A program made the position numbers and the translations under genes. A stretch of DNA of 64,000 bases from an uncultured delta proteobacterium (GTDB lineage Bacteria; Desulfobacterota; Desulfobaccia; Desulfobaccales; 0-14-0-80-60-11). Shown here piece by piece: positions 30,090 through 39,753 of the stretch. The DNA is taken from positions 1,760,001 through 1,824,000 of the forward strand of contig CAWETI010000003.1 in assembly GCA_963812015.1 (NCBI GenBank), given 5' to 3'. Below the pieces are notes generated by a model. It made no database searches and was not told the DNA's origin. It saw nothing but the letters and a program-made list of their open reading frames with translations. How positions within the stretch are numbered: the stretch's first letter is position 1; every line of letters starts with the position of its first letter.

Positions 30090-30962
30090 CTACCCGGCCC
30101 CGCCCAGCAAGCCCCTGGGCCGGATGAACAAGACCAGCAAGAGCACGATGAAGGCGATGACGTCCTTGTAAGCGCTGCTGACATAAGCCGCGCCCAGGCT
30201 TTCCAGGAGCCCCAGGATGAGGCCCCCCAGGATGGCCCCGGGGAATGAGCCGAAGCCCCCCAGGATGGCCGCGGCGAAGCCTTTGAGCCCCAGGAGCACC
30301 CCCACGTCGTAGGACAGCGTGGTGATAGGGGTCACCAGGCAGCCGGCGAGGCCCCCCAGGGCGCCGGCCAGGGCGAAGCTCATGGCCTTGACCCGCCAGA
30401 CCTTGAGGCCCACCACCGCCGCGGCCGCGGGGTTGGCGGCCACCCCCCGCATGGCCAGGCCCAGGGAGGTCTTCCGGAAGAACAGCACCAGGCCGATGAT
30501 GGCCAGTGCGGTGAGGCCCAGAATCCACAAGGTTTGGGGCAGGATGGCGGCCCCGGCCAGATGCACCGGCGCCTCCCCAGACAACGACGGCACCGCCATG
30601 CGGGTCTTGCCCCAGATAACCTTCATGGCCCCCCGGAGGATGATGGAGAGCCCGATGGTCAGAAAGATCAGCACCAGGTGGCTTTCGGAGCGGGACGGAC
30701 TGATGCCCACCACCTCCACCAGGATGGCCGCCAGGGTCACCCCCGCCACCGAGGTGAGCAGGGCCGGGGGCATGGGAAGACCGGCGCTGACCAGGGCGCT
30801 ATAGAGGATCATGCCCCCCAGGGAGACGAAATCCACCTGGGTGAAATTGACGATCCCCATGGTGTTGTGCACCACGCCGAACCCCAGGGCTACCAAGGCG
30901 TAGATGGCCCCCCCGGTCAACCCGGCAAAGATGAACTGGATCAGGTCGTGCAGGCTGCCCAT
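30090..30962 (-). CDS. livH: Branched-chain amino acid ABC transporter permease (LivH-like)
   Basis: GAIYALVALG, GIVNF, KGFAAAILGGFGS, RPRGLLG. Confidence 0.92.
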   Translation of the reverse strand: MGSLHDLIQFIFAGLTGGAIYALVALGFGVVHNTMGIVNFTQVDFVSLGGMILYSALVSAGLPMPPALLTSVAGVTLAAILVEVVGISPSRSESHLVLIFLTIGLSIILRGAMKVIWGKTRMAVPSLSGEAPVHLAGAAILPQTLWILGLTALAIIGLVLFFRKTSLGLAMRGVAANPAAAAVVGLKVWRVKAMSFALAGALGGLAGCLVTPITTLSYDVGVLLGLKGFAAAILGGFGSFPGAILGGLILGLLESLGAAYVSSAYKDVIAFIVLLLVLFIRPRGLLGGAG

Positions 30963-31388
30963 GTCTCTCCCCTGGGTGCAGGTGCGGCCTCAAGATGCGG
31001 CCCCGGACGGTTCCCCGAAAATATAACGTTATCTGAAGGGCGGGTTGTCTGGCAAGGAAAAAGGGCGTTTCAACCGCGGACGGTGGGGCCACATGCGAGG
31101 TGGGTCTGATGGTCAAGGATAAGAGGCCTGCCATTCCGTCACCCAAGCCGACGGGGCCAGGGATTTCCGGTCAATTGGATTGCGACGGGGTGGGGTTTGG
31201 AGGGATGGGGGTGAATCAAAGGGCTGTCTGATTTGACGAGCCCGGAGATCCTCCCGGTCAGGGGGCGGGGGCTGCTCCCTGGCGGGACAACCCGGGAGTG
31301 CGTTTGGACCTGCCCTTTACAAGACCGCTCTGGTGGACCAGGTATTTCCGGGCTGTGGTTTTCCCGTCTGGAGGGCCAGGTCAGGCGC

Positions 31389-31787
31389 TCAACGCCGGTG
31401 AGCCCGGACCTTTTCTTGCCACAGAGATTTTAGGATGGAGCAGACCCCGATTACACTGCCGGCCAACATCAGGATACTGCCCAAGGGTTTGGGCAATGAC
31501 AGGCCCGTCAGGTTAATGAAGCAACCGACCAGGACCAACCCCACGGCCCCGATATAGATATTTTTATTGGAGAGATGGGGCTGCCGGGAACTTCGGGCTT
31601 CATCATACTTTTCCCAAAAATATTTAAGCTCTTTGGCGGCAAAGGGGGCCGGATCTTCCGTGGCCGGGGGCGAGCCCGGATCGCACCGAAGCCCGGCTCT
31701 GTCTTGGCGAGATTTTGTCTGCTTTGGGATGAAGGCGCTCGGGATAACGCTGTCTGTTTTTCTGGCCTGATCCATGGTGTTACCCAC
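31389..31787 (-). CDS. Hypothetical membrane protein
   Basis: Two C-terminal TM helices; last gene of a co-oriented cluster. Confidence 0.6.
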   Translation of the reverse strand: MGNTMDQARKTDSVIPSAFIPKQTKSRQDRAGLRCDPGSPPATEDPAPFAAKELKYFWEKYDEARSSRQPHLSNKNIYIGAVGLVLVGCFINLTGLSLPKPLGSILMLAGSVIGVCSILKSLWQEKVRAHRR

Positions 31788-31871
31788 TATCCCGGACTGG
31801 TCATGCCATCCGGTTGCCCGCGCCGCGGGTCTTTCTGCCCACTCGCCTCCAGGCCAGTGGGTTACTGATGA

Positions 31872-33062
31872 TTACTTGCCGAGCGGCGGCGGTTTGCACA
31901 CCGGACAAGGGTGATAACCTCGTTCCTGCGCCTCCTTGACCGATTTGAAGGTTATCAATTTTGAAGGGTTTATCATCTTGGCCCACTTGCAACCGGGAAG
32001 GTGGTACTTGTTGGAGGTCTTGGAGCCCACGTACACGACCTCCGCCTCGGCCTCCCGGGCTGGGGAAACGGTTTCTGCCTTACTCACCGGCGGGCTGGCC
32101 TCGGCACCGGCCTCGGAGCCTGCAACGGTTCCTGCCGGGTGGGACTGGGTGCCGGAATCGTCAGGGATGCTCGGCACCGTATGGCTTTCCAGGCTGAGAT
32201 TATCCCGCAAGTCGAACTTAGGGTCGCCGTCGGGTCCTAGGCTCAAATTAGCCCGGAGCCGCTGCTCCCGGTCATAGAGCGCCAGGTCGGGAGACCCATC
32301 GGCCCCCAAACCCAGGGAGGCGCGCCGTTTGCCTTGCCGGTCCCATAAGTCCAGCCGCACCTGGCCATCTTTATCGCCCAGGAAAGCCTGGATGACGCCT
32401 TTTCGGTCGCGCACCACCAGGGCCTCTACTTCCAAAGGGCCGGTGGGGGCGGGCCGAAACAGCAAAAACGCCTGAGTGGTAAGGACCAAACCTAACAGCA
32501 CCAGAATGGCCGCTTGGTAAAATTTCTGACGCGGATTTTGACGCGGCGAATTCTCCAAGTGGTCCGCTGCCTTGACCTTGGCGTCTCCCCCGTCTTGAAC
32601 CGAGGCCGGGGGAGGTTCGACGGCGGCCGGCCTGACCGGCTCCTGGTCGGCGACCGAAGTATCAAACGAGTCCGGCGCGGGCCCTGGAATCTGGTCCGGG
32701 GCAGGAGTGGCGGCAATTTTAGGTCCAGCCCCCGTCGATGGGGAACCCCCCGGAACCGTGAAGCTGAGGTCGCCGTGCTGGTCTTTGAGTTTGCAAAAGG
32801 CCTCGCCGTTCTGGGTAACCCCTAACCAGACCCAGGCTTTGCCCGCCTGATCACTCAGGAGCAGGCCACAGGAACCGTCTGCTTCCGCGCTGATTTTGCC
32901 GCGATATTTGCCCGAGGCATCCCGGAACAAGATCTTTTCCACCTCGATGACCCGCTCCAGGGGCTGCCCCTGACTTTTGAGGAGGTCGGCCAATTCCTCC
33001 CACTTATTCTCTAATTTGGCCAACAGGGCGCTCAGCTCGGTGGGCTCTGGGTTATCAGACAT
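31872..33062 (-). CDS. Membrane protein with duplicated beta-repeat domains and a C-terminal Ada Zn-binding domain
   Basis: LxDxxGKxRAxLGxxxDGxPxL repeats either side of a TM helix; YVGSKTSNKYHLPGC...EAQERGYHPCPVCKP. Confidence 0.8.
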   Translation of the reverse strand: MSDNPEPTELSALLAKLENKWEELADLLKSQGQPLERVIEVEKILFRDASGKYRGKISAEADGSCGLLLSDQAGKAWVWLGVTQNGEAFCKLKDQHGDLSFTVPGGSPSTGAGPKIAATPAPDQIPGPAPDSFDTSVADQEPVRPAAVEPPPASVQDGGDAKVKAADHLENSPRQNPRQKFYQAAILVLLGLVLTTQAFLLFRPAPTGPLEVEALVVRDRKGVIQAFLGDKDGQVRLDLWDRQGKRRASLGLGADGSPDLALYDREQRLRANLSLGPDGDPKFDLRDNLSLESHTVPSIPDDSGTQSHPAGTVAGSEAGAEASPPVSKAETVSPAREAEAEVVYVGSKTSNKYHLPGCKWAKMINPSKLITFKSVKEAQERGYHPCPVCKPPPLGK

Positions 33063-33233
33063 TTCGATGCTCCTGTTATGACAAACCTGATATCACTTCA
33101 ACCTCGAGCAAAAAAAGAGGCGAGGATAGACTTTCACGGGTGCCTGAATCGGCAGCAATCATTGATTTCATGAAACAAAGAGTTTAATTTTATCTATTAA
33201 ATTCAATAACTCATTCCGTTATTATTTTTTATC

Positions 33234-34426
33234 TTAAATAAAAGTGAAGCCTTTCTCAACGAATAATTTCAAACAAATATCTACTATTTCAGGGTCATAA
33301 AGAATACCCGTCTTGTTATAGATTTCTTCCAAGGCTTTGTCGATTCCCTGGGCCGGACCATACGTCCTGGCAAAATTCATGGCTTCCACCACGTCAGCCA
33401 CCCCTAAAATCCTGGCCTCCGGAATGATATCCGTATCGGTCAGACCGGCGGGATAGCCCGAACCATCCAGCCTCTCATGATGCTGCAAGATGGCCTGCTG
33501 CACCGGCCAGGGGAAGTCGATATCTTTCAAGAGATCAAACCCCGCCTGACAGTGAGTTTTAATCAGCTCGCATTCCAGTTGGCTGATTTCCCCCGGCTTG
33601 GTCAGGATTTCGGTGGGCACGGCAATCTTGCCGATATCGTGCAGCAAACCGGTGATTTCAATCCCTTCCAACTGATTCAGGGAAAACCCCATTTCCCGGG
33701 CGATGGCGACCGCCAGCTTTGCTACCCGCTGCTGGTGACCTGCGGTTTGCGGGTCCTTTATCTCCACCGCTTTGGCAAAGGCCTCCACCGTGCCGTGAAA
33801 ACTCCTTCTTATCCGGCTAAGAAGGGATTTTAACTGCTCTTCGCCGGCCCTGTACTCTCCCGCGTCCCGCAGCAGCCACAGCATCCTCACCAATTTGTCG
33901 TGGACATCCGTTTGGGTGCTGACATTGATGCTCACCGGCATCGGGGCGCCGTCCGCCACGTGCAGGTGCAAGTCCCAGTTCCGTTTCTCCCCCCCTCCCG
34001 CAACTGGATCAGGGTAGCCTGAAAGGCCGGACGGTCTTCGGCCGCAATATAGTCCCGTAAATATTTCCCTTTCAGGGAAGCGCGATCCACCTTCAGCATG
34101 GCCGCGGCCGCCGGGTTGCTCTCCTGAATGGTAATCTGGGCGTCGGTCACCAGGCAGGCCTCGGGAGCCAACTCGAAGAAATCCCGATACCCTTCGGCCT
34201 CCGGACCTAGAGGGCCTTTACCCGGGACCGTACCCGGCTCGGCTTGGACATCCGCTTCTCTCACCGCAGTCCGGAGGTCTTGCAATGATGCCGAGATATC
34301 TTCTATCACCCGGTTGAGGCGAGACCTGGATTGCCGCGCCGAACCCTCTCCTGAGGTCGCCTCGCTGTCGGTATGCAGGGCAGAAGACCTCGGACCTGTC
34401 GATGGTGGTGAAGTGTCAAAAGGCAT
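33234..34426 (-). pseudogene. PAS + HD-GYP phosphodiesterase split by a 1-nt frameshift in a G7 tract
   Basis: The 5' ORF has PAS (YRDFFELAPEACLVTD...NPAA); the 3' ORF has HDIGK and HHERLDGSGYP. Adding one G at 33989-33995 joins them as LREGGEKRNWDLHLHV. Confidence 0.85.
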
Positions 34427-34596
34427 GCGGTATCTTTCCTCTTCCCGAGCTGAATTCGCCGGTTGCCGGCGCCTCTTCCTGACTGCTTGTGTTCTTCTGG
34501 GGGCCCGGGTGTAGGGTCCCCGACGATTGACGATTCGAGTTCATTTCTCTAAATCATCCGGCCCAGTCAGCTTAAACATTCTCCTTGGGAATCCCC

Positions 34597-35661
34597 TCAG
34601 GTCTTGCGATTTGAAAAGGGATTCCGCGGCACCGTCCCAGGTCCGGGAGGGATGGTTAGCCGTCTCTTGGACAAACCCTGGGGCCCCGGTTTAGCCGGCG
34701 GCCCCCCCGGATGGCCGGCATGGTCATCATCCCGTGCTTCTTCAAGGTTCAACGCAAAAGGGACAATACTCTGGGAAGATGATGGGCCGGTCTGGCCTTG
34801 AGCCTTCAGTACCAAATTTTTCAGGTATTCCCATCGTTCCGGGCGTTGGCGCGCATCTCCGCGGGGGGCGTGCCAGAGCAGGGGTAAGAGTACCTCGGGG
34901 TTATGCAAGCCCACTTCCATCGCCGCCTGGATAATCCCTTGATAATAGTCCTCCATCAAAGGCGACGCAGCTGATAAAGCCTGGAGCAGCGGTTGGTAGG
35001 GCGAAGCCAGGCAATAGATCTCCTGCCAGGAAAGTTTGACCGCGGGCCGGGCCTGGGCCACCGAGGTAACGTGTTGCCATAAAAATCTCTCCACCGACTG
35101 GCTGGGAGGTTGGGGCCGTTTTTCCCACGGGGGACACAGCCAGCGCCACGGTTCCCTCGTCTCCGGATCGAGGGAAGGCGGCGCCAGGACAATTTGACCT
35201 TCTCCGAACCACTTGAACTCGGAGTTCATCCAAACGGATAACGAGTCAAAGAAGGGTGACGGCGGCCAGGCATAAAAGTGCTGTTCCCGGCTGGTTCCCA
35301 AGGCGGCGACACACTCGGCCCGCCAGACCCCATAACGGTCCAATAATAATTCGCCCCATCCGCTGGCAACTTGCAGGACCATTATGCCGGACCGCTTGCC
35401 GGTACGAACCGCTAAGTTTATCATAGGTCCCGCGAGGCCCGGATTCCACAACGAGTTGATTTTAATTTCTGGCCTTGCCGCAAAATCCACTTTCAGATCG
35501 GTCCCGTCCTGGGCGTCCAAGGCCGCCAGATCCCAACCTAATTGCTGATATTTTTCGGCATAACCCGCCATCACTTCTTTATCGTCAATAAGAGCTTTCA
35601 GGTTAAAGAGACTGTCAATTTCTTCCTGACGGATTTTGACTCGCCTGTCCTTAGGATCCAT
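34597..35661 (-). CDS. Bifunctional DNA primase/polymerase (Prim-Pol) N-terminal-like protein, catalytic motifs degenerate
   Basis: AEKYQQLGW, NLAVRTGKRSGIMVL, HFY, VLAPPS, WRW match the Prim-Pol scaffold. Confidence 0.75.
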   Translation of the reverse strand: MDPKDRRVKIRQEEIDSLFNLKALIDDKEVMAGYAEKYQQLGWDLAALDAQDGTDLKVDFAARPEIKINSLWNPGLAGPMINLAVRTGKRSGIMVLQVASGWGELLLDRYGVWRAECVAALGTSREQHFYAWPPSPFFDSLSVWMNSEFKWFGEGQIVLAPPSLDPETREPWRWLCPPWEKRPQPPSQSVERFLWQHVTSVAQARPAVKLSWQEIYCLASPYQPLLQALSAASPLMEDYYQGIIQAAMEVGLHNPEVLLPLLWHAPRGDARQRPERWEYLKNLVLKAQGQTGPSSSQSIVPFALNLEEARDDDHAGHPGGPPAKPGPQGLSKRRLTIPPGPGTVPRNPFSNRKT

Positions 35662-36102
35662 TTGTCCGTCCTCAGTTGATGAATGGGGTCATAGCCTTTG
35701 ACCAGCCAACGTCCTCTCAATCTCGGAATGCTCAGTGACTGATGACTGGATTTTAAGGCAACCGTATTTTCTTACAATGGGGACAACTCCTGATATTCGG
35801 GTTCTATTTTACCTAATTTGCCTTCGGGACGAACCGGCTGCACCCCTTGATAGCCATCAACCTTGGTCACTCCCGCAGCCCAGATGGCGATACCGGGCTC
35901 GCTGACCACAAAATGGTCGGTCCGGCCATCCACCCGGGATGATCTTAATACTTCCCAAGGGAACCGCATTCCGAAAGCCAGGCAACCGTGGACAGGGAGA
36001 GGGGGGGTGGGGAAATTGCCGGTGCGGCGGCGTACCAGGTCGGCGGGCCCGCCCTCCAGCCTGGCGCTCCGATTACTGAATCAGGCAGGTACGGAGAAAA
36101 AA

Positions 36103-36750
36103 TTATGCCGAGGTCAAACCCTCGCGAATGGCGTATTTGGTAAGCTCGGCGACGCTCTTGATCTTCAGTTTAACCATAATTTGTTGGCGATGGGTTTCCA
36201 CGGTTTTGACACTGATGTGCAAACTCTCGCCGATTTGCGCGGAAGTTTTGCCTTCCGCAAGGAGTTGCAACACTTCTCGCTCTCGGGGTGACAATAGCTG
36301 AAAAGCTGAGGATCCTGCGGGGGTGGATGACGCCAGGTAATCTTTTACCACGATATCCGCAATCTCATCACCCAGATAAGTTTTATTGGACATCACCACT
36401 CGGATAGCCTTGGCCAGATCTTTGAAGGCGCAATCTTTGAGCATATAACCGGAGGCCCCCGCCTTGAGCATGTTCAAAACAAACCGGCGGTCGTCATGCA
36501 TGGAAAGCGCGATGATCTTGACCCCCGGCAGATCGGCGATAATCTGCCGGGTGGCCTCGATGCCGTTTAAATCGGGCATCCCCACGTCCATGATGATCAC
36601 ATCCGGGACTAACTCCCGGGCCAGCCGGTGCGTTATCCGGCCATCCTCAGCCTCCCCCACCACCGTGATGTCATGCTCCTTTTCCAGCATGGTGCGGAGG
36701 CCCTCTCGCATGATCTGATGATCATCGGCGACCAAAACCTTGATTGTCAT
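36103..36750 (-). CDS. NarL/LuxR-family response regulator
   Basis: VADDH, MDVGMP phospho-acceptor, LSPREREVL...ISVKTVETHR HTH. Confidence 0.95.
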   Translation of the reverse strand: MTIKVLVADDHQIMREGLRTMLEKEHDITVVGEAEDGRITHRLARELVPDVIIMDVGMPDLNGIEATRQIIADLPGVKIIALSMHDDRRFVLNMLKAGASGYMLKDCAFKDLAKAIRVVMSNKTYLGDEIADIVVKDYLASSTPAGSSAFQLLSPREREVLQLLAEGKTSAQIGESLHISVKTVETHRQQIMVKLKIKSVAELTKYAIREGLTSA

Positions 36751-36902
36751 AACTTTACCCCGTGCATCTGATCACCACGATTTAACCACTAGTACTTTAA
36801 TTTTTCCCAAACATGCGCTGTCATCGCGGTGCCAGGTTTTCTACTGCTTCAGGATACTCCTTTTTGGCGTGAATGGCAAAAGGGGATTGCGGGCAAAGTT
36901 AC

Positions 36903-36940
36903 AAAAAAGAGGCGGTGGGCTTCCCGTCCACCCTTTTTTT
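36903..36940. terminator. Bidirectional terminator-like hairpin between kinase and regulator
   Basis: AAAAAAG...GGTGGGC/GTCCACC...TTTTTTT. Confidence 0.55.
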
Positions 36941-37039
36941 GTCGGGGACCGCAGGTTATCAGTTCAGGGTGGTTAGTCCGGGGACGTAGCGACAAGGGAT
37001 CGGCCGGCCGGCGCCGGAGGGGGCGCCGACCGGGCCGGC

Positions 37040-38635
37040 TTAACTGAGAGCACTCGGCGGGGGAGGCTGAAGCTTTGCCGGGGGCCGTGAGGCTACCTTC
37101 GAGGCCGCCGGTGGGGTCACCTTGACAGAGGCCGAGGTCGATTCGCAACTGGTCCGCTCCTGCCCATCTGACTTTAGGGGTACGGTCAGTATGACCCGGG
37201 TAACCTGCCCCGGGGGCGAGTCGATCTCCATACGGCCGCCGAAATAGTTCAAACGTTCCCGGATGCTAAACAGGCCGAACCCTTCTACTTTGCCGGACGC
37301 GGCGGAGAGCTTCTCCGGCGCAAATCCAACCCCGTCATCCTCCACGACTACCCGTAAATAGTTACCGTCCCGGCGCATGCGCACTTTGGCGCAGCTTGCC
37401 TGGGCATGCTTGAGCACGTTGAACAGCAACTCGCGCACCGCCCTGAAGAGAAGCACCCGGACTTCATTGTCCAGATCTTTGGATCGATCGTCATCCAGGA
37501 CTTCCACCGCCAGGCCATACTGCTCCTGCATATGTTCCCCCAGCCATTCCATGGTGGCCTCGAACCCCAAGTCGTAGAGGATGGGGGGGCTGAGTTCGAA
37601 AACCAACGACCGGGTATAGCGGATTGATTCATCAATCAGCTTCCGGATTTCTTCTACGGGCTTGGCAAAGCTGCGATAGAGAGTCGATTCCTGCATTTTT
37701 TCGAATTTGCCCTTGACCAATACTAGCAACTGGGCAATATGATCGTGGAGCACCGTAGCCAAGCGGCGCCGTTCCCGTTCTTCGGTCAAAGACAGTTCAG
37801 AGGCCAGGGATTGCAGCTGTTCCTGATAGGTGCGAATCTTTTCCTCGCTCTCCCGTCGTTCGGTAATGTCCTCAAACAAGGCGATGACAAATTGTGGTTT
37901 TCCCCCCGCATCCCGCACCAGGGAAATTGACTGCCGCCCCCAGCCGACCCAGCCGTCTTTACGGACATAGCGGGTCTCCAGCCGACAAACATTCTGTTGC
38001 CCCGAGAGCAATTGCTGAAAAGTCGCTCGGCTCAACTCGGCATTCTCCGTCGGGTTGATCCGGGTGAAGTCCAAGCCGCGCAATTCTTCTGATGCATAAC
38101 CCAGCATGGCCGACAGAGCCGGGTTCCCCTCAATTACCTGTCCCCGCTTGTCAATGAGGGCTATGCCGATGGCAGCTTCCCGAATAATGGTCCGGAACCG
38201 GGACTCACTTTCCAGCAAGGCCTTTTCCACCCGCCGCCTTTCGGCAATTTCCTGGCGCATCTCTTGGTTGGCCTTTTCCAGTTCAAAGGTCCGGGCTCCG
38301 AGCTTTTCCCCCAATTTGACGTTTTCCCGGCCAAAGTCCCGGATGAGCGTCTGGTATTTCACTAATATGAGATAGGCACAAATGGTCGCCAGGGTGCAAC
38401 CCAAAATAGCCAGGTAAACATTCGAGTGAACCCCGCCGGTATGAGGCAGGATAACGTCCCTGAACAACTGGAAGAGGGAAATGGCGACAATTACCTGCAA
38501 GCTGACCATAATCACCCGGGTAACCCAGTTATTGACCGTACCTTCGCCCTTATTGGCACTTCTAGATGCGATCCTGGGAGCCGGTTCACCCTCAAAGACT
38601 TTCGCAGGGTCCATAGACCACCATCCTTTCCCCAT
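37040..38635 (-). CDS. Membrane PAS histidine kinase (HisKA_3 type)
   Basis: Two TM helices, PAS/PAC, ERRRLATVLHD, ELLFNVLKHA, DDGVGF, GFGLFSIRER. Confidence 0.93.
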   Translation of the reverse strand: MGKGWWSMDPAKVFEGEPAPRIASRSANKGEGTVNNWVTRVIMVSLQVIVAISLFQLFRDVILPHTGGVHSNVYLAILGCTLATICAYLILVKYQTLIRDFGRENVKLGEKLGARTFELEKANQEMRQEIAERRRVEKALLESESRFRTIIREAAIGIALIDKRGQVIEGNPALSAMLGYASEELRGLDFTRINPTENAELSRATFQQLLSGQQNVCRLETRYVRKDGWVGWGRQSISLVRDAGGKPQFVIALFEDITERRESEEKIRTYQEQLQSLASELSLTEERERRRLATVLHDHIAQLLVLVKGKFEKMQESTLYRSFAKPVEEIRKLIDESIRYTRSLVFELSPPILYDLGFEATMEWLGEHMQEQYGLAVEVLDDDRSKDLDNEVRVLLFRAVRELLFNVLKHAQASCAKVRMRRDGNYLRVVVEDDGVGFAPEKLSAASGKVEGFGLFSIRERLNYFGGRMEIDSPPGQVTRVILTVPLKSDGQERTSCESTSASVKVTPPAASKVASRPPAKLQPPPPSALS

Positions 38636-39275
38636 TTGAATATACCTGCAGATTATTACTTTCCAGCCCCTTTACTCTGCCATTTTTGTCCCGAAAGGGA
38701 ATTAGGTGTTCCCTGAAACTCAGGGTGCGAAATCCTTAATTTCTGCTGCGGAAAACCACCAGTGCTCCTTAGATAAACATGAGGACCGTTCAGCATTAGC
38801 CCTGGCGTCCCCTGAGGCCAATCACTTTGCCCCCTCATATTTGCTTGCGGACATGGGCGCTATTTTCAACGAGATTTTCAATTCCGCCCTGTTTTCAAGG
38901 GGGACAACCCCGCTTCGGCTCAATGGGCGCTCCTCTAGGAAACTAACGCTAATTTTGGCAGTTCAGTTTGGAGATGGGGTCTCAAGAAAAGAACCGGGAA
39001 ACGCCTAAGCCCCAGGCTGGACCATCGGCCAGGCCGCCTGGGATGAAAGCGGAGGCGAACCCCAGGCGGTTTTTGGATAGTTGCAGGGAATGGTGGGTTG
39101 GCGGTCGCCTCTGGCGATGCCGGGCTCACCTGCACTGGGAGGGTCTACCCGGCGATTTGCGCCGAACCGCCGGGTAGGCGCTTATGGAGCCCGGTATGAG
39201 GATATTCAGAGAAGAGCCGGGACCCAGGGGACGCCAAAGCGCCCCGGTCAGTCAATTGCCTAAGCTGCGGCGGGG

Positions 39276-39479
39276 TTAAACCTTGGTCACGTTGATGGCC
39301 TGGAGTCCTTTGGGGCCTTCATTCACCTCGAACTCCACCTGGTCATCCTCCTTTAAGGTGCGAAACCCAGAGCCCACGATGTTGGCATAGTGTACAAACA
39401 GGTCGGGGCCGTCACCGCGTTTAATGAAACCATAGCCTTTGGCTTCGTTGAATCCTTTGACCCCGGCGGTAAAGACCAT
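39276..39479 (-). CDS. Cold-shock domain protein (divergent N-terminus)
   Basis: KGYGFI RNP1, LFVHY RNP2, GPKGLQA. Confidence 0.9.
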   Translation of the reverse strand: MVFTAGVKGFNEAKGYGFIKRGDGPDLFVHYANIVGSGFRTLKEDDQVEFEVNEGPKGLQAINVTKV

Positions 39480-39753
39480 AACCCGCCGCTCCTCTTAAAA
39501 AAAAATCGTGTTTCCTTCGCCGCCCTTCGGCCGAGGTGGCGCAGGCCAAAAAAAAACGGCCGGCTCCCGCCTTACCGTCGTTTTATTACTGTGTCGCCCC
39601 GAGCACTGCATAAGCGCTTGAATAAAGGATAATCAGCCATTGCCACAGCTTCCAGGAGCTGCCAGGAAACTATTGTCCGCAAGGCCGACTCGCTTGCGGA
39701 CAGTCGTTCAAGGAGGCGGCCCGGACCTCAGGAGTAACCCAGCCCTTTCTCCC

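Noticed and set aside
35772..35969. 65-aa ORF between the regulator and the Prim-Pol-like gene
   Set aside because: No RBS or motif; cannot be supported as a gene.
39227..39247. GGGACGCCAAAGC resembling a c-di-GMP-I riboswitch core
   Set aside because: No GGCAAA P2 element or GNRA tetraloop; it is better explained as a hairpin 3' of the csp gene.
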